DNA of 64,000 bases from Xylographa opegraphella (taxonomy: Eukaryota). Location: positions 124,001-188,000 of the forward strand of contig JALDZX010000005.1 in the NCBI GenBank assembly GCA_022813865.1, in the 5' to 3' direction. The translations under genes and the position numbers were made by a program. This document shows, in pieces, positions 35,607-47,463 of the stretch. Position 1 is the stretch's first letter; each line of letters begins with the position of its first letter. The notes beneath the pieces were generated by a model. That model was not told the DNA's origin. It saw only the letters and a list, made by a program, of their open reading frames with translations, and searched no databases.

Positions 35607-38059
35607 GTTCTGACGGCTGGAAGAGTTGGCTGGACACGGATACGTGACTCGATGGACAATATACAAACGTGTATAAATTTAACTCTTGCTTTTGCTCTTT
35701 TTTTTTAGGAGCCCTGTGTTGGACCGGGTCCTAAACACACGGTATTTATATTCTGTGCAATGTATCATCATCACTCGTCCTTTCCACAAAATACACATCC
35801 CTCCTGTACCACTCGTATCGGACGCCACCTTCATCCTCTCGCCCACAGCCACGCGCGCAGCAGGCGCGCGACTTGACGCTCAACGCCGCGTACCAGTTGC
35901 GCTGGGAAGCAGCCGGCAGCGCGCAGTGTGCTGACTCACGCCTCGGGGAGCGTACCTCTGTCAGCGGAGGACGGCGCCAGAGAATAGTCCGTCGAGGATA
36001 TCTCCAAGGAGCGGGTTTGGGGGGGGNGGTGGCTCCTGTCATATACGGCGTGCCTGCGCTGCGGCCGGGCGCGGAAGAGTCGAGTGGTCGTTGTGGGAGG
36101 CTCGTCATGGGGGAGACGGCGCGGAGGGGGCGAGGAAGGGGAGATGTGAGGACGGCGTCATGGCTGGTATGGGTGGTGGTTCGGCGGAGGAGACGGTACC
36201 TTAGATACCTTACGTAGTGCTCGGTTGGTTGTGGCCGTCATCGAGTGTTTGTTAGTGGTGGTGAGACTTTCGCTCGAGGTGGATCGCGATCCATGGGATA
36301 TCGAGCTTGCCAGATGAGGGATAGCGCGGGGCGGACTCAGCTGAAGCTCGCCTCGAGATCATATCGGGGCAGGATGAAAGGTTCTGACTCAACAGCTTTC
36401 GTGCAAAGAAATCCAGGAGTTTCAACGGCTTGATGGAAGAGTAGTGGCCACTTTGGAGTAAGCTGTCGGTCGTTATTCGACGTACGAAGTTGGGCGCTGA
36501 GGTTCGATGCCACACCATCTGCGCGAGAGAAAATGTCCAGATGTCCTACGTGACCGGCATGGACTGGCAAGCGGCACGACACCGCGCGTATCCCATTCGT
36601 TCAGCTGGGAGGTGAGTTGATCGAGTGCTGGCACTTAGAGCGAGCTATTTGCTCGGAAGGAAGATTTGCCAGAAAAGAGCAAGCAAGCGGCCGCAAAGAT
36701 GGAGTCTGCAATCAGGTAAGGTAGGCTGGCTCTGGATACCTGTGCTAAAATCGCTGGTGCTGGAGCTGAGATGTACCTCCCGTCGTTACTGACGGAATGC
36801 CCAGAAGGCCATGGCGTTAGTTCCATGGCAAAGCATCCACTACACCCAACGATACCGACGGTACTTTTGTGGATTTGTTGAAAACACTCACAGCAGATCG
36901 TCCACACGGCGCCGTCAGGCGAAGGCGGGGCCGAGGGACAAGGGACGAGCGGACTGCCCGGGAAAGAATGGATGACCGCACATCAATCCACGCGTTCGCC
37001 TGTGCTGCGAGAAAGACAGTGCGCGATGGTTGCTGATGATGCGCACTCGCGATATTCTGGCGGCCCAGAAATGTGTTAGCAGTTCCCGTCAATGGGCTGG
37101 TGGTCAGGTCAAGCCTTGTGCAGACCCTGCATACAGGACCTACCCCACCACCAACCGAAGCTGGGAGCGGATTGGATCAGGCACTCGCTCATTCGCTGCT
37201 TGGGTCATGGACCGCAAATTCGAGGGTCGAGACTCCAGACGCGGAGCATTCAGACAGTCGTTCGCGCCCGCTACTGCGTGTTCACTCCGTGCTATTTCGC
37301 TGTGGCTCTGGACGTCGCAGAAGCACATCCTGCATTTGAGAGACGCGACGCCAAGCCCATCATGCACTAGGGAGTCCCGGAGTACCGGAGGACTCGCGGC
37401 CGCCCAGGCTGTTTCCCACCGGCCAAAGAAGAAATGTTCGAGTCGCGACAGACGGCGAGCATCTTCATCATCACTTTGCATCTCCGCCATCCGGTCACCA
37501 ATTCATCACTACGACGAGAGATCGACCGGCAACGGTGGAGTCCGGGCCTGTGGATTCCGCTTCAAAGCGGCATGACAGGGAGCACATCCACGCCCGGAAG
37601 TCCACTTCTGGCCTAGTGGGCGACCCCGCTCTCCGATCAGGAAAACCCAAGCTCGCACGTGCATGATGCATGAACAGCGCTAAGCCGCTTTGAATTGCAG
37701 GACTCGCTCAATCGGGGTAGCTGCGACACTACCGCAGACCCTGAGCGTGGCAGCTGCTGCTTAGCTCCCCCTCGGCTGCATCCCATCCCGTCGCTAGAGG
37801 CAGAGAGCTCGACCTCGAGCTGTTCGTGGCTTGAACATGAAGCCTTGGCCAGATCCCGCAGAGATGCTGACCGGGTGCGGAGCTCCTGCTTCAGAAAAAG
37901 TACAAAACGCGCTCTTTCCCACTATGGAAAAGCTGCAGAAGTTACTATTTATCTCAGCTTCTCCGAAAAGTCACTCCCACACATCCGTCTTTGCAACTCG
38001 CTCCAGCTTCAGCTTCCGCTTCCACAACATCAATTACTCCGTAGTCTATCACCGCAGCC

Positions 38060-39119
38060 ATGAAGTTCGCACAGTACACCGCAGCAACTGCTCTCTGCGT
38101 TGCTGCCTCGTTCGCTGCACCCATTGCTGAGCGCCAGGCGACCATTACCGACGCCGACATTCTCCAGTATGCTCTTACAGTATGTCTATCTTGTCCCGGT
38201 CGAACATGCTTGCATGTGTTGCAGCCCCCCTGCTGGAACGCTACTAACAATATCCTTTCAGCTGGAACATCTCGAGAACACCTTCTACAAAGGCGCTCTC
38301 AGCATGATGCCCGAGTCGGAGTTCCTCGCCGCCGGCTTCTCGTCGGCGTACTACAACAACCTGAAGTACATTGCCCACGATGAGGAGCAGCACGTGATGC
38401 TCCTCACCTCAGCGCTTGCTGCCGCTGGTGCCATGCCGGTAGCTGCGTGTACCTACAAGTTCCCGTACACGGACCCGAAATCATTCGTTACCCTCGCTTC
38501 GATACTCGAGGGGTAAGCTCCTCCCCATTCCTGAAACGTTTGGATTCCAGCTGATTTCACGTCCAGCGTCGGTACATCTGCTTACCTTGGCGGTGCTCCT
38601 CTCATCGCCAGCAAGACCTACCTTGGTGTAGCCGGATCGATTCTCGTGACCGAGGCTCTCCACACGTCTCTCCAAAGATTCAACCTCGGCGAAGTTGCGC
38701 CCGCTAACCCGTACGGCACTGCCCTTGGCCTCAACCCAGTCTTCACCTTGGCTGCCGAGTTCATCGTGTCTTGTCCTTCCACCAATGCCGCTCTGCCCGT
38801 CAAGGCGTTCCCTGCTTTGACTGCCACCCAAGGTATCCCTGCTGCGCCGGGCATCACCTTCACCTTCACCACCACCACAACGATGCCGTCGACGTTCTTC
38901 GTCACCTTCGTCAGCGGACTCAGTACCACCAGCGTTGCCGGCTCCATGATGGGCAGCATGATTGTCGCCACCATCCCTGCGACCGCAATGGGTCAGACAT
39001 ACGCCTTCATTACCAACACCAACGTCACAAGTTCCATCATGGATTCCATGATCCTCAACGGCCCAGCCATCCTGGAGGTCACCCCTCCCGCACCGACTTT
39101 CGATATTGCTGAGATGTAA
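38060..39119 (+). CDS. rds1: Secreted ferritin-like stress protein (Rds1 / desiccation-related family); 3 exons
   Basis: Signal peptide, ITDADILQYALT|LEHLENTFY, IAHDEEQHV, CTYKFPYTDPKSFVTLASILEG|VGTSAYLGGA, SILVTEALH, FIVSCPSTN, NGPAILEV. Confidence 0.88.
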
Positions 39120-39558
39120 GCACGTAACCCGGACTGAATCGGTGGAGAGAGACGAAAAGTGTGAATGGGAGTATCAGAGGGGGGGGGGTCCTCAGAGGGG
39201 GGGGGTCCTAATTTGAATGAGGGTCAATTTGAATTGTGTATATGCATTGGGAGCATCGCGAATGGTCTATCGAACGATTCGCGCACGCTCGTTACATCAT
39301 GATACCCCATCACACCTCCTGTCGTTATGCACGAGCTTATGATGCTGGATGATGAGAGGGCATATCCCTCTTCCAGGCCTTAATATCCCCACTTGTATAT
39401 AGTCATGAAGAAAAATTTCTATACTTTGAGAGACGTGTTTTGGATGGTTGTGATTTAACATGCATTCGTACATAGGTTCTGTTTTCGAAGTACGGTGATT
39501 TGATGGAGTGATTCGTTTCCATATTACGTACAAGGACTTCAATGCAGAGGGTAGAATG

Positions 39559-39915
39559 TTATCTCGGTCAGTGGTTTGATCAGATATGTATAGGTGATGC
39601 GCATAGTTATACCTGAGTACTGGCATTAATCGGTCGTGGGTGTCTACTTGACTTCATTACTGATAGGGTAGGGACTGCTGTACGGTTGAGGCTCAATGCG
39701 GGCTTCTAAGCGATCTCACTAATACGTATAACAAGTTCAATGGCATAGTTTATTATATTATCTCAGTCAGTGGTACGATCAAACATGTATAGGTGATACT
39801 CATAGTAATGCCTGGTAGCCAGCATTAACTGGTTGGTGGGTGTCTACTTAACTTCATTGATGATAGGTACTGCTGTACGGTCGAGGCTCAATGCGGACTG
39901 CTAAGCGATCTCACT
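39559..39915. repeat. Diverged tandem duplication, period 199 bp (about 160 bp alignable), upstream of AIP1
   Basis: TTATCTC(G/A)GTCAGTGGT..ATGTATAGGTGAT..GTGGGTGTCTACTT(G/A)ACTTCATT..ACTGCTGTACGGT(T/C)GAGGCTCAATGCGG..CTAAGCGATCTCACTA occurs at about 39559-39721 and 39758-39916. Confidence 0.9.
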
Positions 39916-39997
39916 AGTTTAGCGTTAGGGTAACAGTTGGTGCCTGTCGTCATGCTTGCAACTCCATTGAAATTAACATCGTGATCCAGTCACAGGT

Positions 39998-41932
39998 ATG
40001 TCCATCAAGGCAGGTACGCAGCACTATCTGTCACCACGTTAATAAGAAGATATTGACCGAATCCAGACGGCATCTGGGCCGCCGCCCCGTCGACCACCCG
40101 TGGCCAGCCCACCCCGCTATCATCCGACGCTTCTGGAGAACGAATAGCTTACGCCAACAGCAAATCCATATTCCTCCGATCCATCGATAATTCGGCACTG
40201 AGCACTCAGTATACCGGTCACACGAACACCACCACCGTCGCGAGGTTCAGTCCCTCGGGCTATTATGTTGCCTCGGGTGATGTTGCGGGGACGGTGCGTG
40301 TCTGGGATTGCAAGGGTGAAGGGGCTACAAAGGGCGAATACAGCATCATATCGGGGCGGATCAACGATTTAGCCTGGGACGGTGACAGCCAGAGGATTAT
40401 CGCTGTGGGTGATGGCAAGGAACGGTTCGGTCACTGCGTAACTGCAGATAGTGGGAACACGGTCGGAGAGATTTCCGGCCATAGCTCGCAGGTGAATAGC
40501 GTTGCAATCCGGCAACAGAGACCTTTGTGGGCGGTTCCGCTTCTCCAGGATCCGGAGTACATGCTGACGTGTGGGCAGGCGGGCAGCTACAGGCAGCGAT
40601 GACACTAGCCTGGTCTTCTACCATGGCGCACCCTTCAAGTTCAATACCAGCCTTCGCGGGCAGCACAATCGCTTCGTCTACGGAGTCGCTTTCAGTCCGG
40701 ACGGCTCTTCTCTAGTCAGCGTAGGCGCCGACCGGAAAATTTGGCTCTACGATGGTAAGACCGGAGAGGTCAAAAGTCAAATAGGAGACGGAGAGCACAA
40801 AGGGAGCATTTTCGGTGTTTCCTGGTCCAAAGACTCCAAACGGTTTGTCACATCCAGCGCCGACCAGACCGTCAAGATCTGGGACGTTGAAGCAGGTAAA
40901 GCGACCCAGACGTGGCGTCTGGGAGAGGAGGGCGCCGTCAGTATCCCGGACCATCAAGTCGGCGTGGTCTGGCCAGCGGGGCGATCAGATGGCTTGATCA
41001 TCAGCTTGAATCTTGCTGGCGATCTATCTTATCTCACCGAAGGGACTTCCAAGGTCCAACGAGTCGTACAAGGCCATCAGAAAAACATAACCTCGCTGGC
41101 GGTCGTCTCCGATAGCATAACCCTCTGGACTGGCGGCAGTGACGGCCGAATATGTAGCTGGGATACCTCCACCGGTGCGGCCTCGACACCGGATGGCTCG
41201 CCCCACACCAACTATGTTTCCGGCCTTGCCGCATCGTCCACCACCACCATGTACAGTATCGGCTGGGACGACACGCTCCGCACCTTGGACACTACCGCGC
41301 AGACATTCACCGGCGAAGCGCAAAAGACCTCCGGCCAGCCGAGCGCCATCGCCGTCGCCGGCTCGCACACGCTGGTTGCCACACACAAAGGCATCGACGT
41401 CTTCTCCAACGGCCAAAAAACCGGCTCCCTCCCCACGACCGCCGCGCCCACCGCCCTCGCGGCCACACCGTCCCTCATCGCCATCGCCGCCGACGACTCC
41501 ACGCTCTCCATCCACGCCTTCTCCCCCACCGGCACCCTCGCCCCCAATCCGCAGCACGCTCTCCCCTCCCCCTCCTCCCAGCCCACCAGCCTCGCCTTCT
41601 CCCCCTCCGGCGCCCTCCTCGCCGCCGGCTTCTCGAACGGCAAGATCACCGTCTACGACACCGCCGACTGGAGCGTCGCCGTCAGCCGCTGGAGCGCGCA
41701 CACCTCGCGCGTCAACTGTATCCGCTGGAACGGCAGCGGCTCGCACGCCGTTAGTGCCGGCTTGGATGGCAGTGTTTTCGTCTGGAGCGTGGCGAGGCCC
41801 GGGATGAGGGTCCAGGCTCCCGGGGCGCATGCTGGGGGGGTTAATGCCGTCGGGTGGGTGGCGGAGGGGGGGGTGGTGAGTGTGGGGGGGGATGCGTGCG
41901 TGAAGAGGTGGGTGGTGGGGGGGTTGGTTTAG
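39998..41932 (+). CDS. AIP1: Actin-interacting protein 1 (WD40 repeat); 3 exons
   Basis: MSIKA|DGIWAAAPSTTRGQP...YTGHTNTTTVARFSPSGYYVASGD, INDLAWDGDSQRIIAVGDGKERFG, IRQQRPL|RAATGSDD...GAPFKF, QGHQKNITSL. Confidence 0.95.
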
Positions 41933-42493
41933 GGGGTTGGGTGGATGCGGTGTGGATTTGTAGCGGATAGAGTGCGGATTTAAAATAAGGCAGATAGAGG
42001 TGAAAGTCGTTCCTGCATCCGAATATCCAACCCCGTTCAAGTGCAGCCTCCAACGCCGCTTGCAACGTATGCGCGGCAACGCATTGTCGCTCCGCATGAG
42101 CAGGGCAATGTCATTATCGTCTCCCATATCCTACCTACCTACCTATCCTATCATCGGCGTAGGCGTACCCTCCTTCCCCCGCCCCTCTCTCTCTAGTAAT
42201 AAGCGTGAGAAAGAACAGTTAGCTTGCCGCGCTGCGTGCGCTGCTATTTTTCTTCGGGGCGGCGTATGCGCAAAACCTGTGGATGGGTGTGCTCGTACGC
42301 CGCAGGGTAGGCAAGTGGATTCGAAAACGCCGGCCTTCAGTAAGCCAATTCAATACCCTACCCCCACGAAATAAAACTTCACCGCAGTATCTATCCTTTC
42401 CACGACGGCAAAAAAACCCTTTTTTTCCCCTAGGCTTGGAATAGACAATGCATTAAAAGGTAAAGGCTTGTGAAACGGGGAAACATGAAGAGC

Positions 42494-42504
42494 AAAAAAC
42501 AAAA
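42494..42504 (-). terminator. Pol III oligo-T terminator of the tRNA-Arg gene
   Basis: TTTTGTTTTTT on the minus strand about 14 nt downstream of the tRNA 3' end. Confidence 0.75.
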
Positions 42505-42517
42505 TGATAGGAGGAAG

Positions 42518-42617
42518 TGACGAAGCTGGGGATCGAACCCAGAATCTCTTGATGTCGAGGAGCGGAGAGAATAGAGCCCAATCGTAGTCAAGCGCCTTGC
42601 CATTGGGCCACGTCGTC
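42518..42617 (-). tRNA. tRNA-Arg(ACG) with a 28-nt intron
   Basis: Minus strand reads GACGACG TGGCCCAATGGCAAGGCG CTTGA CT ACG A [TTGGGCTCTATTCTCTCCGCTCCTCGAC] A TCAAG AGATT CTGGG TTCGATC CCCAG CTTCGTC A. A and B boxes present, intron at the canonical 37/38 site, one C6:U67 mismatch. Confidence 0.93.
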
Positions 42618-43694
42618 CTTTTTTATGAATACGGGTCGTGCTATTGTAACTTATAAATATGTTATGTAAAGGAATCTTGGGAAATAGAAAATTGGCTGGA
42701 GTTCTATGGATCTGTCGTTTCAATAGTGAGGAGATATTGCTAAAAAAAAAATATGTTCTTGGGTCAAAGCCGTGGAGTTTAATTGCATACCTACGGCGTC
42801 GGACCGCACATGGCCTGGGATACTCAGTCACAGTCAGCCGCCGTGTGCACATTTCGTAGTGTTAAGATCGATAATGTTCTGACTCCATCACTTCATGGAT
42901 ATCCAGACCCGTCTATGTCACGGAGTGGAGCTATATACCTCCTCGACCATTTAATTTAACCCCCCCCCAACATCCCTTCCCATCCCTCCCCTTCTCTCCC
43001 TAGCAAGTCCGTACTCATAACCCATACCCAAACAACGCCGTACACCACCTCGCCAACCAACGCACCCCCACCCTCCGCTCCCCATCCATCTAACCCCGCT
43101 CGCACTCGCCAGGCGATAAGCTGCTCTCTAGGAGAGAGTCCAGCCGCGGTGACCGAACGGTGCAGCGCGCTCTGTGGTGCCTCGCCGTGCCCCTACCCGG
43201 TATCTGCCATAGTCGATTTCATACACGATTTCCCGCTCCCATCGCTGGCCTTTCGCAGTCCTCTCCTATTGGCTGCTATGGATTCTGATACCAAAGACAC
43301 GGCGCCGTTCTCTCCTCTCTCCGGTCATGAGAGTGCGGGAGAGTGTGGATGTATCGTCTGTGCTGGGAGGTACTTCGATGGGTATACTTTGCTGCTTGGA
43401 TGTTATGTATGGCTTACCAATGTGCGGTTGGATACTGCTGAGACTTGGGGGACAGGGAAAGGGTTGGTGGGGAGAAGGGATGAGAGTAGTTGGAGAAAAG
43501 TGGATGACGAGGTTGGAGACACGGCTGATGATGGGATGCCCGGAGAGCGTAGTGGAGGCCGTGATTGAAAGTAGATTTCGAATCAATTATTAGGTCTTGC
43601 GTAGACCGCCGTGCGAAGGACGGCGCAGAGTTCATACAGCCCTTGAAGAGAGCTTTATAGCAGATTTCGTTTCCAGTAACCGGTGGCATTCGTC

Positions 43695-45643
43695 TCACTT
43701 CTTGCAGATACTCCCGTGCTCGCCTACTGCTAGCTGTATCCTCTGCATCTCCACTGTCCCATCACTGTGCAGCACTGCCGCCACAATCGTCTCCTGTCCT
43801 GCAAACCGAATCATGTATGCCTCTTCGGATGCAGGTGCTCGTCTGTTCGGAAAGCGTATCGATATTGCATTCGACATCCACGTCGTCTATGCACGACCGA
43901 CTGGCTATAACCCGAGTCTCCACTGCCGTAAGCGTATCTCAGTACTGTAGCTCAAGCTGTCCCTGACTGCTTTTTGCGCAACGAGCTTGTTTCTGGTCGT
44001 CACAAGGATAGCTCCGTTGCTGCGTACTGAGGGATGCATTCCAGGAGTGGCCTTTCTTTAACACCGTGAGAACCTGTCGTTGTCGTGTTTTCGCCAAAAT
44101 ATATTCCCTCGTCGTCAGCATTGTCGATGACCATCACCCATCGCCGTGCTTGCTTGCTACACAGCCACGTCTTGACAAGAGCGAGATGATCAGCATTGGA
44201 GGCTTCCACATCAGAAACTTGACGATCTCGGGCAATATCTAGAAAGCCTTGACTGAATCTTTCGACATTACTACCATGTATTCAGAATATTGAATCTTGT
44301 GGGAATGTTTCCCGATGCCAGTAAGCATATTCAATGGCGATTTGGGACTTCCTGGTTCTCGTTAGACTGCGTTGGGAGTAGAGTGAGATAAAGATACCCT
44401 ACACCCCCCAATCCCCACAGCGCTACCAGTGCTTGATGTTTTTTATCAATGTGAAGGGCGTTTTGCAGCCGGTCGAAAATATCTTGGCGACTAACGAAGT
44501 CCGGATTCTTCGTATCGGGCATGATAACTAAGCAAGACTTGTCTCAGTTTGAGTGACTAGTATAATGCCCCTACCGCCACTTCCTGGTATTTTTTACGTA
44601 CAAGCAGGCTCATGTAACGGAGCCGGAAGTGGTACGTTCAACCGACCAAGGCGCACTTTCTCCGCTGCGTTTTCCACTGCATTCTTCACAAGCTGCACTA
44701 GGTTGAATGAGACTTGTTCATAGTTTGCATCGTCAGGACTCGCACATTTGTACAGGTTAGCATGGTCTGTATCCATTGGTATATGTTTTTCACGAGATCC
44801 AGCTAAGTTCAGTGTTGCTGATTCTTCTTCCACAATTTATGAGTTCAAGGTTCAGACATTGACTTCGTCGACTGTGAGTTGAGAACGTACGATGCCATAC
44901 GAACCCGTAGAACGGGTCTCATAGAAACTAAGGACGTAGATATCCTCGAGGGAGTGGCGGAAGTCTTTAGTCAGATTGTTTGAGAACAACGAATCTTTGG
45001 TGAGCGCAATTAGAAAGTTGTTGGACGGTTTTCGAAGTACGTTGCATACTATTGAAGCAGCAATATCCCCCAGCTTCGCATGGCTGCTTCCTCGGTGAGG
45101 AGTCCCAAAGAAAACGACTCCATAAGTCGATCGGTGAACAAAATCGTATGTTTTGTCAAGCTTTGCTTCCACCAAAGCACGTTTGACCACAATGCCCCCC
45201 AAACTATGCGTTACGAATATGATCGGCCTTTCCTCAACATCTTCCCGTTTGGACGCAATCCGGTTCAGGAGGTTCATAGCCTGCTCCCGGACTCCAGCGG
45301 CGGATGTTTCGAAAGCGACATTGGCGTTGTAACCAAACAAGAGAACTCGAGCATTCGGCAATTTCTGCGGCAGGAAATCTCGAAGCCATAGCGTATTGCC
45401 GAATTCCCAAGTGGCTTCGGCGTGGAATTCGGTATTCTTAGGATTTAGACCATGAACAGCAACAATACTAGTATCAGAGCGTAGCGTTAGCAATGATAGA
45501 TCAACTGAAAGTCAACCATAATTTCCACTCACTCAACATTGGCGTTGTCTGGACCAACGAGTACCTTCATGAAGTTCCTTGAGACTGCGGCCTGCGTACC
45601 TCAGCCAGATGAGCGACCTGCAAGTGGAACTCATACAGACCAT
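43695..45643 (-). pseudogene. Decayed fungal NLR-like gene: SesB-like alpha/beta-hydrolase domain + NB-ARC, C-terminal repeats largely missing
   Basis: M|AAVSRN..NVD|IVAVHGLNP..LWLRDFLP..ARVLLFGYNA..PIIFVTHSLGGIVVKRAL..FFGTPHRGS..SFYET. NB-ARC: NPDFVSR..LWGLGGVG|KSQIAIEYAY..IF*IHG..WVMVIDNADD, a frameshift before SNGAILVTTRNK, then similarity is lost. Lesions: stop at about 44282-44284, broken acceptor near 44837, frameshift near 44025. Confidence 0.85.
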
Positions 45644-47463
45644 GGCAAAGATTCGATGCGGCAATGATTTCGCCGATAATCCTGTCACGTCTGACTGTCA
45701 AGTATTAGGTGCACAATAGCGAAGGAAAGCAATGATTTGCAGGTGGTTTAAACAAGTATTACTACCAAATACTTATACGTATGGAGCATCAGGCTGCACT
45801 GCATCGTGCAACACAACGGCTTATACCACAATCCGTGTACGCCTTGAAAGTGTAACATCTGGGACAATATAACACGCATTACCAAACGCGCTTTTAAAAC
45901 AAAATAATACATATTGATGGCCTTCGATACGATATACTGAAATTCCAGCCAGTATATTATAGGATACGAAATACGAAGCTGAAATCAAAGGAGATTCCAT
46001 CAATGCCAAGACTTCAATACATTATCGTTGTGTAACAAACTGGTCGACAGTATCCAGGCCAAACAAATGAATACCACAAACGACTGCCACGAACAAGGGA
46101 AAGAAGATAAACCCAAAAAATTGTTAGCAAAGGATAGTAGGCCAAGCGTATCATGATATATAATATCTTCAACAAGAATAACAGTTAATGGCTTCCAGTT
46201 TCGTTGCGAAACGACGTAAGGATCAGTTCCAGTTATGTACTTACGTATATATTTCAAGCGCCCGTGCACTCTCAACCACCAGACTAGCCGTAAGGAAACC
46301 CACCAGCAGGGCCTCGCCTCATTAATACATCCGACCTCTCTCTATAGAGTACCTTGTATACCCCACGTTCCCGCCGGCGGGGGCGACACGAACCCCCCTA
46401 CATTCACAGACAGCATCACATTCACAGCCAGTATCACATTCACGGCACCAGTCACAAAAGTCCTCCCGGCAACGAAGTGGTACCAATGACGCTGCATTTC
46501 GAGTTCGAATCACTCCGCTCTCAGCCACCTCCACCCATCCCTACGGGACCACTCGATCGCCATCAGCTATATACACCGCGCGCCATTCCTCACCCTCTTA
46601 CTCCCTCACACTTCTCCGCCCCCCTCCCCCTTCTCCGGGTCCGCGCTACCCAGAGGGGGCACATCACCTTCCACCCTATGTCCCCTCATACTACCGTAAT
46701 AAGCCGTACACAGCCGCCGCACCCAACCCCCCGAAACGTACAACAACAGTCGTAAATCCACCCACGCTCGACCCCGACAGATGCAGCCACCCGCCCACCA
46801 AGAACAAGAACAACAACAAAAACAACAGCAAAAAAAACCACCCGTTTAAAAGTCCCGCTGCCCCAAACAAAAAAGACCGCCAGCCGTGGCCCACACCAGC
46901 TGTGGACCGAACCAAACCGGCGGGACGTCCGCTGTACAGGTCGTAAATGGTATAGAGATGGTCAGAGACAAGGTCGAAAGAAAAAAACAAGTAATCCAAA
47001 GACCCCAAATCATCGGTTAAGATATAGGATGAAAAAGGGGCCCCCTTCCCGTAGCGCCATTTTTGGGGGGGTTGGTTGAAAACTGAAACGAGCCGCCCGA
47101 TATTGCGCTGGGAAAATGCAAGAGACAAAATGCCGGCCCGTCGCGCTCCGTGATAAATGCAGATGCTGGATTTTTTTAGGGTGGATGGTGGGGGAGGAGA
47201 AGGCGAGAGCTGATTTCCAGATGGAGAGTTAGGTATTATGGTATGGTTCGTGGATTAGATGATAGGTAGATGAGATGGAAGATCTTGGTCGAGGTGGTGT
47301 CGACGACTTCCGGTAAGGTTGAAATGTTGCTGGGACGGTGTCGATGGCAAAAGGTCCATGAACATTCACACAGGATTGTCCCGACAAGTGTAGATGGACG
47401 AGGGTCAGAGCGACAGCGATCCCATCGCAGCTCGTTGCAAGCGCAGAGCAGGGCAAACTCCAC

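Noticed and set aside
36755..36800. GCTGAGATGTACC resembling the fungal TPP riboswitch J3/2 motif
   Set aside because: The downstream TGAT..GATAAT..AGCG half is missing and no thiamine gene is nearby.
35746..37616. Overlapping ORFs and splice-like signals on both strands; an N at 36027 within poly-G
   Set aside because: No recognisable protein or consistent exon chain. The N indicates local assembly uncertainty.
39174..39209. Short duplication TCAGA(G)nTCC x2, plus the microsatellite-like run at 58893-58923
   Set aside because: Ordinary slippage repeats in flanking DNA.
35145..39915. Tandem repeats as CRISPR arrays or LTRs; TTAGGG hexamers as a telomerase RNA template
   Set aside because: This is eukaryotic DNA with no repeat-spacer structure and no TG..CA ends or target-site duplications. 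I found no full TAACCCTAA template.
41024..42127. 367-aa Gly-rich antisense ORF and 222-aa Pro-rich ORF over AIP1 (likewise 19197-19964 and 57067-57672)
   Set aside because: Shadow frames produced by the extreme GC3 of the real genes.
43149..43593. Small ORFs next to the NLR remnant as a possible amyloid or effector partner
   Set aside because: No N/Q/G-rich amyloid motif and no HeLo/HET signature. The predicted splice gives an early stop.
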